Shown here: positions 37,564-49,029 of the stretch, piece by piece
Layout: every line of letters starts with the position of its first letter
Position numbering within the stretch: position 1 is the stretch's first letter
DNA from: Dimargaris cristalligena
Taxonomy: Eukaryota
Direction of reading: 5' to 3'
NCBI GenBank assembly: GCA_003614675.1
Contig: ML002254.1
Location: 1 to 57,043, forward strand
Length of the DNA: 57,043 nucleotides
Position numbers and translations under genes: made by a program
Notes under the pieces: model-generated
Database searches by the model: none
Seen by the model: the letters and a program-made list of their open reading frames with translations, nothing else
Told to the model about the DNA's origin: nothing

Positions 37564-38547
37564 TTCGGATAGTATTCCCCTCCTTCCAGGAATGAGCTTC
37601 TCTTCCTTACCGGCTGCTTTTGGGAGGGTTCTTACTCTCTCTCTCAATCTCTCTCTCTTTATCATCTTTTTTCGTTAATTCTTCGTACGCGTCTTTTTGA
37701 ATATTATTATTATTATTTTTACATTGTCGTATGTGTTTCGGACCAAATTGGTTAAAAGTCAACTGTGCCAGTTGAGGGGGGGTATAGGTGGTTCATAATT
37801 TACTGTACCCCTCTCATCTAACTAATTTGGCCTTTTTTTTTTATTGGTAAGGGGAGCATACCATGCGTGTCGATGAAATAAACCCCTTCGTATACATATT
37901 TCCATGATTTCTGAAATACTTATGGGTAATACAGTCCTTCGTAAATTGTAATAGTTATACCTTATACATCATTCGCTCATGTTATACCGACTCGATAATT
38001 TAATATATATATATTCGTGGTCATTTTAATTCTTGTAATGATAAATGGCCGGACTGCTGAACGGAAGCCAAGAAAGAGAGAGAGAGTGTGTGTGTGAGAC
38101 TTGGTGGAACATCGCTCACATCCACTACCATATTTCTATCCTTCCCAATTGATATCTCCAACCAGTCCTAGGAGTAGGGGGCATACTACTAGTCTACGGG
38201 GCCGACCACTTTGAGCATTTATCCCCAAATATAAAAGGAGTGAACAAGTCCATTAGGTCTCAGCGAAAAGGATAACAAGATCCCAGGTCGAGGCCTCTTG
38301 GCGGACCAGTGACTGTAATTAAATCGACGCAAATTAAAAATTAAATAAAAATACACGGTACCAATTCAGCTTCTTGGGTCAAGCAGGAGGAGTATCGGAG
38401 GTATAGCAGACGCCAGTTGTATGGGAGGAGGAGGGGGGGGGGATCTCTCGACCATTGATGGCTGCGACTTGTTCGGGCATAAATAGAGGTCCTGATTGAA
38501 CTGCCGTTCAATTATTATTTATTTTATTTAACGGTCCCCTCATCGCC

Positions 38548-41500
38548 CAACACCCTCTTTATCCTAATTAAGCCCTGGGCAGTCCACATCCCCCTTTATA
38601 TATGTCCCGGGCGGTAGCTTGGCCTTCGACAAGAGGTATGTTCAATTTCGCCGATATATTAACCGAGTATCCCCCCAGGGTGGATTGTCGAGAGTTTAAA
38701 ATGGCTCGAAGAGAAAGGGTTCCTTCTGGGGGTAGTCGCTGACACTATTTCGGTTGAACTAGAATGTGACACTACCCTACCAACTGCCTCGGTTTCCCTA
38801 CGGGTTGTGGCAATCCAAGGTTTCATGTATTTATTATTAAGGTGGTTGACTCCCTGTATAGGCCCTACTCCTTGGCTAGTCGAGTATATATAGGCGGAGA
38901 AAAGTGCGATTAGGTGAGAAAGTGCGAGATAATTATAGAGAGTAGCCTTTATAGTTGTATATAATGGCAATGGTAGTGGTCGAATAAAATATAGATTGAC
39001 CTACTACATCCATGCTAATTTTAATCAGCTCATTTTGCGGCTGATGATCACCAAACCCGGGACTACGGTCCAGCTTTCCTACCTACCTACCTGCCTGCCT
39101 GCGAAAGTGCCGCGGTCGAGAAGAAGAGAAAGGAAAGTCGGGGCGATTGCGATAATGAGGTGAAACAGGCGGCAATGCTAATCGTTTACTTTAAAATGTG
39201 GTTGATTGGGTAGGATTTAGGTCATTTACCAGCTCGAAAATCAATAGCCCGGGGCCCCAAGACCAGCTGAACCTGTACGATGCCCCCCGCTAGCGGATGG
39301 GAGGCCCGCCCTATGGCAATCTATTGCGGACGCCATTAAGGTGAATACAAGGGAAATGAAGAGTGAGGAGGGTTGGGGCCCACCCAATGTTGCCTGACCC
39401 GTACAAAGTTGGGACCCTTCTTAGATTTCTATACAAAAACCTATTCGTTTACCTATCATACTATCCACCGCCCAGCGTCTAATTGCCAGTGCAGACCCTG
39501 TGTGAAAAATGCATAATTGAGGGTAAATAAGATGGTGTTGATGAATAAAAATGTGCTAGAGGTGCAAATAAAGTTGTTGCACTGTTTCTAAATCTAATGA
39601 ACGACCGGACATGGTAGACATATTTTAAAAAATAGGGAGAAGGGCTTCGTAGGCGAGACACAAAATGTAATAGTGCAATACGCAAGTTAAACGACCTACT
39701 ATAGTGAAGGTATGGCAGTCAAGGGCGATGATTTTTGGAAAAGGGGAATAGGGGGGTAAGCCCTATAGCCCCTCGCCAATCGGACTCAAGTACTAGTTAG
39801 TCGGGTTTCCCGAAATAAATATTTAGGGATCTTTGTATAGATCCGGGAACAGGCCGCCGTTGGTGGTTTTTGCACCCTTGAGTCGAACGACGAAGGGGGC
39901 GAGATTGCCGGCTGTAGGAGGGATAGGAGAGAGGGAGTTGAATTAAGGCAGGCCTATCCTATCCTATCCTTCCCTTATTTCCCTTTCCCTTTCTTCCCTC
40001 CTTGCTGAAGTACGCCTGGCGGGCCATTTCATTCAGTACACATACCCCCTCACCCAGACGACTGTTGCCGAATAATTCGGTATGTATATATATACCATGT
40101 CGCGGCCTTCTATAAACACTATCTTTCTAACATCGGTTGCTCTGAGCCTACTAATTCGCCCAATTCTCCACCCTCTCTTCTCCTATTCTATCCACCTATC
40201 TTTGGCCCCTCTTAATTTTCACTAGTTCTTTGGCCGTGTTTCCCTGTATAATTCGCGGACCATTGCTAGCATTACCCTCGCCGTTCTTTACTGAAACTTG
40301 CCCCCAATATTCTATAATAGCCGCCGTTTTTAAAAAGGATCTACATAAGTCACACTGACCTACCTAGATATCCGACATACTTCCCCTAAGACCACTCGTG
40401 TATAGACCCGAGCAAAGTTGCGCTCCCTTATCACTATCGAAATGTAGGTTATTATATAGACCTGCCTCATTACCATCATATGCACATTTTTATTACCCGC
40501 TTTGTCCATCTTGACTCCATTAGCTGGCTCAGGATACACCTACAATTACTGAAACAACGCCCAGTGAATATATTTAGTAACTAACTGCCACCGTTTATTA
40601 CGCCTTTCCTTTTCCAATCCCCAAAGTTAGCTGAAGTCCACCCTCACCGACTTCCACCTCGTAGTTGCTACTTACCCTCCTTACCTCTTAGTCCGGCAGT
40701 TATATAGCACTATGTCTGCCTTGAATGCCATACGGTTCAGCCTCTTCGGTCTCCTGGTGAGTCTGACGCTTCTAAACTCTACACATGCCCAGGCTGCCGC
40801 TCCGGAAGTGAATATTCCCGTTCCCCCCTACCAGCGCTGCGATAGCTTTAGTTACCAAATGACCAAGGAGGACATTGAGAAGGATTTCATAGTTGACTTG
40901 CCGGAGCAGGTCACCTTTGAAAACGGTGTCATGTACTGGGAATCCAATGAACAAAAATTCTGGCCCGGGTTGACTTATCGTGAGAATGACATTTGGTATG
41001 GCAAAGCCTCGATTACACTCAAGATGGCACCGAAATCCGGTATCGCCACCGCTTTCATTGTAAGTAATGTGTTTTAATTCCGTTTGTTGTTTCACCCCTT
41101 TTTATCCCGGAAATTTATTCATATTTACCCAAACATGGGAGTCTCCTCAATACGGATACTCTCATACCAGACCGAGAATCATTACATAGCACACACCGCA
41201 TTCTTGGCTGTTTTTCTTTGAATGGACTTCTGTACTAACCCTCGTTCTCAATATAAATTTATATACACCCTTTGCCAAAATGTAATTATCTCTACCCCAC
41301 TTTATCCAGCGTGGTAAGCAATCGGCCGATGAGCTTGACTTTGAATGGGTCGGTAAGGATACCGCCCGCGTCCAATCCACCTTTTTCGTCAACGGCCAAA
41401 ACACGGAGCGCAAAGAAGCCGTCTATGGGACAGCCGCCACCGATTTAGCCGCCGAATTCCACACGTACGCTATCAACTTCCAGCAAGATCATATTGAGTG

Positions 41501-42575
41501 GTCGGTGGACGGCGTGGTGACGGACAAGCGGACCCGGGCCGAGAACCCCACCTACTATCCGGAGAACGCCCGCGAATGGAAAATGAACCTGTGGAATGCC
41601 GGGGCCGGGCACGCCGCCTGGGCTGGCCCTACCGACTGGTATAGTGAACCTAAATCCGTGCGGGCGGCCATTAGTGCCATCAGTTTCGAGAGTGCCTGCG
41701 GCGCTGATGTCGTCAAGGGTGAACATAAGTTGCTCGGTGGCGCAGTAGCCGCCCCCGTCGTCGCTGCACCCGCCCCTGTTGTCACCGCCCCCGTCCCTGT
41801 CGTCCCCGCCCCCGCCGTCGCAGCCACTCCCGAACCCGTTCTGCCGGCTCCCCCCGCTGCCCAGCCCGAGGTTTAAGCCACGGTTCCTCAAGCTTAAGCC
41901 CTCCCCGCCCGCACCCACCCAGGCGCTGACCGCTGCTGGTGACGATTCTATAACTCGGATTACTAGGGAACCCAATACCAATTCCAATGTCTCGGATAAT
42001 GCGTGCTTATTGCGCGAGCCTCTCTAACCCTAGCTACTACACTTTATGAAACTACACCAATTTAGTTGTCGGACGGCAAATTCGCTCGTTAAACGCTTGG
42101 AGGGATGTGCCTTTAACACTTTTTCCTGTATAAAAATATAGTCACACGACTGGCCATTTAGGTTGATTTTCCCCGGCGGCATTACCAATCTGCGATATTT
42201 TATCGGGCTAGTCCGTGTTCTATAGTACTATTTTTTAACTGTATTATACATTTCCACCCCTAAAAAACGAGGCATATTGTTTAGCGATTTAATTTGTCCT
42301 CCCGGCATGGAATGTCGGTTTGGGGTACCCTTCTCAGTTTTATTTTTCATTCCTGGTTGAATGGTATTGTAGTATCTCTATTTATTTGGCATCATGTGTC
42401 TCAGCAAATGCATTTCGATTTAGTTTGGACATATCAATAAATCTCTTGTGATCGTAACTACGAAACAGTGGACGGTCAATCAAGCTTGATGCAGCGGAAG
42501 AGTGCACTGGTGAATAATATTATAATGGCACTAAAATACCAAGATGGTGGTCTCCTTAATATCTTACACTACATT
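38548..42575 (+). repeat. Segmental duplication, copy 1 (~4 kb, includes the GH16 gene and its flanks)
   Basis: Collinear with 44228-48155, e.g. CTAATTAAGCCCTGGGCAGTCCA at 38564 and 44244 and AAAATACCA near 42535 and 48117. End points are approximate. Confidence 0.93.
40712..41876 (+). CDS. Secreted glycoside hydrolase family 16 (Crh/licheninase-like), copy 1, ~304 aa
   Basis: Signal peptide; exons 40712-41059 and 41310-41876; IWYGKASITLK..KSGIATAFI, DELDFEWVG (ExDxE catalytic motif), EFHTYAI, NLWNAG..AWAGPTDW; Pro/Ala/Val tail. Probable 5'UTR intron from GTAGGT at 40444. Confidence 0.92.
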
Positions 42576-42599
42576 TGCATATTATCAAGTTGTCTCATA

Positions 42600-43550
42600 G
42601 CAGCGGTAATATCCGGTGGATTTTCGAAAGTTTTTACTACGGGCTTTACTTACCCGTTAGTTTTGTAAAGCTGTTTGGCTTTCTTGCAGGGGATGGCCAG
42701 CAGTGGGTGTTGGACAGTCCAGTAAATATTCCCGATTTTAAATAAAGCAAAATGTAAACTAGGCCCAGCTGATAACTAAGTATATTTATCAAGGAAAGGC
42801 CTTGTTGTGATGAGGTCCATAAGTAGAGCCTTAATCTACCATCATACCAAGAATATGTACCAAGTGGTAAACACACACCTAAATACATACATATATATAG
42901 GCATAAAGCAATATTGAAATGGTGAAAATTGGTGCCACGTCAAGTTCTAAGATATCTCTTTGGAAGACTGGCCCAGCAATTTCAGTGGTATATGAACAAA
43001 AATGAACAATATAATAGTTAAACAATGCTTTAGTGTGGTCTATTGGTATTATTCCTGGCGGAAATCTTAGGTAGTCCAGGGATATATAATAGAGCTATAT
43101 AATTATTAATAACAAATATAATAATTTCAATCAGAAGGGTTTAACCCTAGAGGACTAAATTGGTAATATTAGCCAATATTGGTTGCATGAGCCTGTGGAA
43201 TGAATAAAATGTAGTAGGGGCTGACCAAAAGCTCTGTGATAATATATACACTTATGAGGTACCAGTAAGCATAGCCTGAGTAGATCCAAAGGTGAGAACC
43301 AAGATAGGACCACCATTGGGGTTGTCAAAGAGTACCATTATTGATTAGACATGGGCTAAAATGGTACAGTCTGAAACTACCTAAGAGTATTGGGCTAAGT
43401 AACAAATAAGTAGGCAATACTGCATATATATGATGGCCCAGTTGGTTAGTAAGGGTAATCAGGGTAGAGAAGGGGGTAAGGTAGTAGATATATATATATA
43501 TTGGGCATAAGATGGGGTTATTATAGGTGTAGATAATAACACAGTAATAG
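42600..43550. mobile_element. AT-rich, CpG-depleted degenerate repeat relic (family not recognised)
   Basis: Almost no CpG and an excess of TA/TG/CA compared with neighbouring DNA; no ORF; interrupts the duplicated segments. Confidence 0.45.
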
Positions 43551-43554
43551 TAAC

Positions 43555-44140
43555 TATTGGACCATCTAATCTACCTTAATCTGGTCAGCTTAGACATCCA
43601 ACCCTATTAGGCTGTATAGTACCATATTAACCTTCCCATAGTTACCCCCAGGACTATGAGATTATCCCTTATTACATAACCCTTCCCCTTCTAGACTCTA
43701 CCTCTTTACACTACTCACTCCAGTGCTGATCCAAAGACTCTTCCAATTACCTTTAGAGACTTCTGGATACCAATAACTATCCAGTCAGCCTATTTATATA
43801 TCCTTAGTCTTAGTAGTATCCTTCCCTTGGGACCTCCCTCTAGAGTTCTCCCTGTGTATATATAACTAGGCCCCATTGGGACCACTTAGATTCCTCAGCT
43901 TATTCTTACTTCTTTTTTAGTTAATAAACCCTATATACACTTACTCCCCTTTATACTAACTAGTAAGCATACCCACTATATGCCCCTTACATATCCCTAC
44001 TATATCCTTTATTAGTTAGTGCTATATCCTATACCTGATACTAGTAGCCCACTTAGCTGAGTCTAAGCCTTACTTACTATTAAAAACCTATCCTTGGGAC
44101 TCTTGATGGACTAAGAGTGTTTAACCCAGGTACCATATAG
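43555..44140 (-). mobile_element. Uninterrupted copy of an older LTR-like repeat
   Basis: Its reverse complement aligns with 48596-48759 joined to 53727-54150 (shared AGAGGGAGGTCCCAAGGGAAG, AGGAATCTAA and AAGAGTCCC.AGGATAGG). Ends are approximate. Confidence 0.8.
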
Positions 44141-44227
44141 GAAGACAGCAGTTAAAGGATGATAGGCACCACCAGGTAATTAGTTTTACTAAATAGTATA
44201 GAAGACCCATCAGGACATATTTTTTAA

Positions 44228-47200
44228 CAACACCCTTTTCATACTAATTAAGCCCTGGGCAGTCCAGATCCCCCTTTATATATGTCCCAGGCAATAGCTT
44301 GGCCTTTGACAAGAGGCATATTCAATTTTGCTAATATATTAACCGAGTATCCCCCCAGGGTGGATTGTCAGGAGATTAAAATGGCTCAAAGAGAAAGGGT
44401 TCCTTCTGGGGGTAGTCACTGACACTATTTCGGTTGAACTAGAATGTGACACTACCCTACCAACTGCCTCGGTCTCCCTACGGGTTGTGACAATCCAAGG
44501 TTTCATGTATTTAATAGTAGGATGGCTGGCCCCTGTATAGGCCCTAGTTCTTGGCTAGTCAAGTATATATAGGCAGAGAAAAGTGCGATTAGGGGAGAGA
44601 GTGCCAGATAAATATAGAGAGTAGCCTTTATAGTTGCATATAATGGCAATGGAAGCGGTCGAATAAAATATAGATTGACCTACTACATCCACGCCAATTT
44701 TAATCTACTCATTTTGCAGCTGATGATCACCAAACCCGGGACTACGGTCCGGCTTTCCTACCTACCCACCTGCCTGCCTGCGCAAGTGCCGCGGTCGAGA
44801 AGAAGAGAAAGGAAAGTCGGGGTGATTGCGATAATGAGGTGAAACAGACGGCAGTGCTAATTGTTTACTTTAAAATGTGGTTGATTGGGTAGGATTTAGG
44901 TCATTTACCGGCTCGAAAATCAATAATCCGGGGCCCCAGACCAGCTGGTAGTACGATTCCCCCCGCTAGCGGATGAAAGGGCCGGCCGATGGCAATCGAT
45001 TTGCGGACGCCATTTAGGCGAATACAGGGGGATGGGGGTAGTGGGGGTGGGGGTGGGGGTGGGGGTTGAAGCCCAGCCAACGCTCCCTGACCCGTACTAG
45101 ACTGGGCCCCTTCTCTGATTTCTATAAAAAAATCTATTCATTTACCTATCATGCTACCTATCGCCCAGCATCCAATTGCCAGTGCAGGCCCTGTGTGAAA
45201 AATACATAATTGAGGGTAAGCAAGATGGCGTTGATTAATAAAAGAGTGCTAGAGGGGCAGATAAAGCTGTTGCAATGTCTCTAAATCTAATGAACGACCC
45301 GACGTAGTATATATATTTTTGAAATTAGGGAGATGGGTTTTGTAGGCGAGAAACGAAACGTAATAGTGCAATACGCAAGTTAAACGACCCACTATGGTGA
45401 GGGTGTGACCAATTCAAGGACAAGGATTTTTGGGAAAGAGAAAGGGGGAGGAATGAGGGATGGGGGAGGCAAAGGTCTTCCACACAAGGGGGGGGTAAGC
45501 CTTATAGCCCTCGCCAATCGGACTCAAATATCAGTTATACGGGGTTCCTAAAATAAATATTTAGGAATCCTTGTATAGATCTGAGAACAGGCCGCCGTTG
45601 GTGGTTTTGCACCCTTTAATCGGACGACGAAGGGCGCTAATTCGCCAGCTGTAAGAGGTAAAGGGGAGGGTAGGGGTTGAATTAAGGCCGACCTACCCTT
45701 CCCTTATTACCCTTCCCCTTTCCCTTTCTTCCCCCCCCCCCTGCTCAAGCACGCCTGTCGGACCATTTCATTCGGCGCACATACCCCCTCGCCAAGGTGA
45801 CCGTTGTCGAATACTTCGGTATGTATATATATACCATGCCGCGGCCTTCGCCCTATAAAAGTCATCTTTTTAATATTGGTTGCTCTGAGCCTAATAATTC
45901 GCCTAATTCCCCACTCAGTCCTCCTATTCTATCCATCTTTTTTTGGCTGTATTTCTCTGTTTATTTCACGGACTATCGCTCGCATTACCTTTGCTATTCT
46001 TTACTGAGACTTGCCCCCAATATTCTATAATAGCCGCCGTTTTTAAAAAGGATCTACATAAATCACACTGACCTACCTAGATATCCGACATACTTCCCCT
46101 AAGACCACTCGTGTATAGACCCGAGCAAACTTGCGTTCTCATATCACTGTCGAAATGTAGGTTATTATATAGACCCGCCCTTTACCATAATATACACATC
46201 TACATTACCCGCTTGGTATATCTTGACTCTACTAGTTAACTCAAAGCGAACATGCAAATACGGAAACAATGCCTAGGGGTTGTTATTAGTAACTAACCAC
46301 CACCATTTATCACGTCGTTCCTTTTCCAATCCCCATAGTTAGCTGAAGTCCACCCTCACCGACTTCCACCTCGTTGTTGCTACTTACCCTCCTTTCCTCT
46401 TAGTCCGACAGTTATATAGCACTATGTCTGCTTTGAATGTCATACGGTTCAGCCTCTTCGGTCTCCTGGTGAGCCTAATGCTCCTGAACTCTACGCATGC
46501 TCAGGCTGCCGCTCCGGAAGTGAATATTCCCGTTCCCCCCTACCAGCGCTGCGATAGTTTCAGTTACCAAATGACCAAGGAGGACATTGAGAAGGATTTC
46601 ATAATTGACTTGCCGGAGCAGGTCACCTTTGAAAACGGTGTCATGTACTGGGAGGTAAACGAGCAGAAGTACTGGCCTGGTTTGACTTATCGAGAGAATG
46701 ACATTTGGTATGGCAAAGCCTCGATTACACTCAAGATGGCACCGAAATCCGGTATCGCCACCGCTTTCATTGTAAGTAATGTGTTTTAATTCCGTTTGTT
46801 GTTTCACCCCTTTTTATCCCGGAAATTTATTCATATTTACCCAAACATGGGAGTCTCCTCAATACGGATACTCTCATACCAGACCGAGAATCATTACATA
46901 GCACACACCGCATTCTTGGCTGTTTTTCTTTGAATGGACTTCTGTACTAACCCTCGTTCTCAATATAAATTTATATACACCCTTTGCCAAAATGTAATTA
47001 TCTCTACCCCACTTTATCCAGCGTGGTAAGCAATCGGCTGACGAGCTTGACTTTGAGTGGGTGGGCCAGGATACCACCACTGTCCAATCCACTTTTTTCG
47101 TAAACGGCAAAAATACGGAGCGTCAATCGGCCACATTTGCGAAATCTTCCACCGATTTAGCCGCCGAATTTCACACGTACGCAATCGACTTCCAGCAAGA

Positions 47201-48155
47201 TAAGATTGAGTGGCTTATGGACGGTGTGAGTGTAGACAGTCGGTCGCGGGCCGCTAAACCGACGTACTACCCGGAGAACGCGCGCGAGTGGAAGATGAAC
47301 CTGTGGAACGCTGGGGCCGGTCACGCGGATTGGGCTGGCCCCACCGACTGGAACAGTGCGCCTAAATCCGCTCGGGCGGCCATTAGTGCCATCAGTTTCG
47401 AGAGCTACTGCGGTGCGGACGTCGTCAAGGGTGAGCATAAGCTGTTTGGAGGGGCAGCGACCTCCCCCACCGCCTTTATAACCGCTCCCGCCGCCGCCCC
47501 CGCCCCCACGGCCACTCACGAACCGGTCCTACCGGCTCCCCCTGCTACCCAATCCGATACCAATGCCGAGGACTCCGGCAAAAAGTGTTAATTGGGCGGG
47601 TCTCTCTAACCGTAGCTAGTATACTTCATGAAACTACACTAATTTAGTTGTCGGACGGCAATTTCGCTCGTTTGATGCTAGAAGGGATGTGCCTTTCAAA
47701 CTTTTTCTTGTATATATATATAGGCACAAGGCAGATAATTTAGGTTAATTGTCCCCGGTGGAAATGCCAACCTATAGCTCTGTGCCGAATTGTTCTGTGC
47801 TCTATTATATAAAAATTCATCTGTATTGTACAATTACGTCCCAATGTATCGGGGTAGATTGTTTAGCGACTTAACGTATCCCCCGGGCATTAAGTGTTGG
47901 TTTAAGGCATCCTTCTCAGTTTTATTTCACATTCCTGGTTGAATGACATTACAGTACCTTTATTTATTCGGCACCATGTGTCTCAAAATAAAATTTCAAC
48001 TTAGTTTGGACATATCAATAAATTCCTCATGATGATTGTCAATACGTAAAGTTGATTGATAATTTATCTCAATTCAGCAGAAGGGTGCTCTAGTCAATAA
48101 TGTTTTAATGGTATTAAAATACCAGTTGGTGGTCCTTAACATTGCCCACTACATA
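44228..48155 (+). repeat. Segmental duplication, copy 2
   Basis: Direct repeat of 38548-42575, offset about 5.6-5.7 kb. Confidence 0.93.
46424..47591 (+). CDS. Secreted glycoside hydrolase family 16, copy 2, ~305 aa
   Basis: Exons 46424-46771 and 47022-47591; same motifs as copy 1 including DELDFEWVG; different tail ending SGKKC. Confidence 0.92.
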
Positions 48156-48360
48156 TATGGATGAAGTTCAGCTTAGCTGTATAAGAATTTAACTGATATG
48201 TGTATGGGAAAATCAGTGGGATGTTTATTTTCAACCAGTAGTACTTGCCTCATCAAATGGATTTTTCATTATATAGCCTGGATGATCTACTCCCATATGT
48301 GTTGCCTGGTAAATGGGGTATATCATAAATTGGGAGAGGGGTATAGCCAAAACTATACAT

Positions 48361-48584
48361 TGTTAAAGGATATATTCCTATGTATTCTTTATTCTATCCT
48401 ATTTTTACCCAATTAAATTAGTTTATTCTGCTATCATGAAATCATTCATGTTAGCCACTTATATTTCACCCTATCAAAAATTACAGTTCAATAAAACTAA
48501 CCACCTAGAGGTACCTATCATTCTCTAGCTGCTTTCTTCCCTTTCTTCCAGTTTTATTTCCTTTAAGTCCTTAGTATTCTAATA
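48361..48584 (+). mobile_element. Solo LTR of the adjacent Copia family, in opposite orientation
   Basis: Reverse complement of the LTRs at 48760 and 53504. Starts TGTT and is flanked by a perfect 5-bp TSD TACAT (48356-48360 and 48585-48589). Confidence 0.92.
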
Positions 48585-48595
48585 TACATATGGGC

Positions 48596-48759
48596 TATTG
48601 CCCAGGTTTGCCACTTTTAGTCTGCTAAGAGTCCCGAGGATAGGCTTCTAATGGTAGGTGGGGCTTAGGCTCAACTAAGCAGGCTACTAACATCAGGTAT
48701 GGGGCATGGAACTAACCAATAAAGGCTTAGGTGATCAGTTATGCAAGGGACATGCAACA
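48596..48759 (+). mobile_element. Left part of the older LTR-like repeat, interrupted by the Copia insertion
   Basis: Aligns to the reverse complement of ~43980-44140. Confidence 0.75.
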
Positions 48760-48982
48760 TGTTGGAATACTAAGGATGTAAAGGAAACAAAGCTGGAAGT
48801 AAGGGAAGAAAGCAGCTAGAGAATGATAGATACCTCTAGGTGGTTAGTTTTATTGAACTGTAATTTTTGATAGGGTGAAATATAAGTAGCTAATATAAAT
48901 GATCTCATGATAGCAGAATATACTAACATAATTGGATAAAATAGGATAGGATAAGGAATACATAGGAATATATTCTTCAATA
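48760..48982 (-). repeat. 3' LTR of the Copia element
   Basis: TGTTGGAATACTAAGG...TTCTTCAATA, a direct repeat of 53504-53726. Polypurine tract AAAGGGGAG (minus strand, 48983-48991) abuts it. Confidence 0.95.
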
Positions 48983-49029
48983 CTCCCCTTTATTACAAGT
49001 AGGAATAGTAATAACATCCTGTTTGTTGG

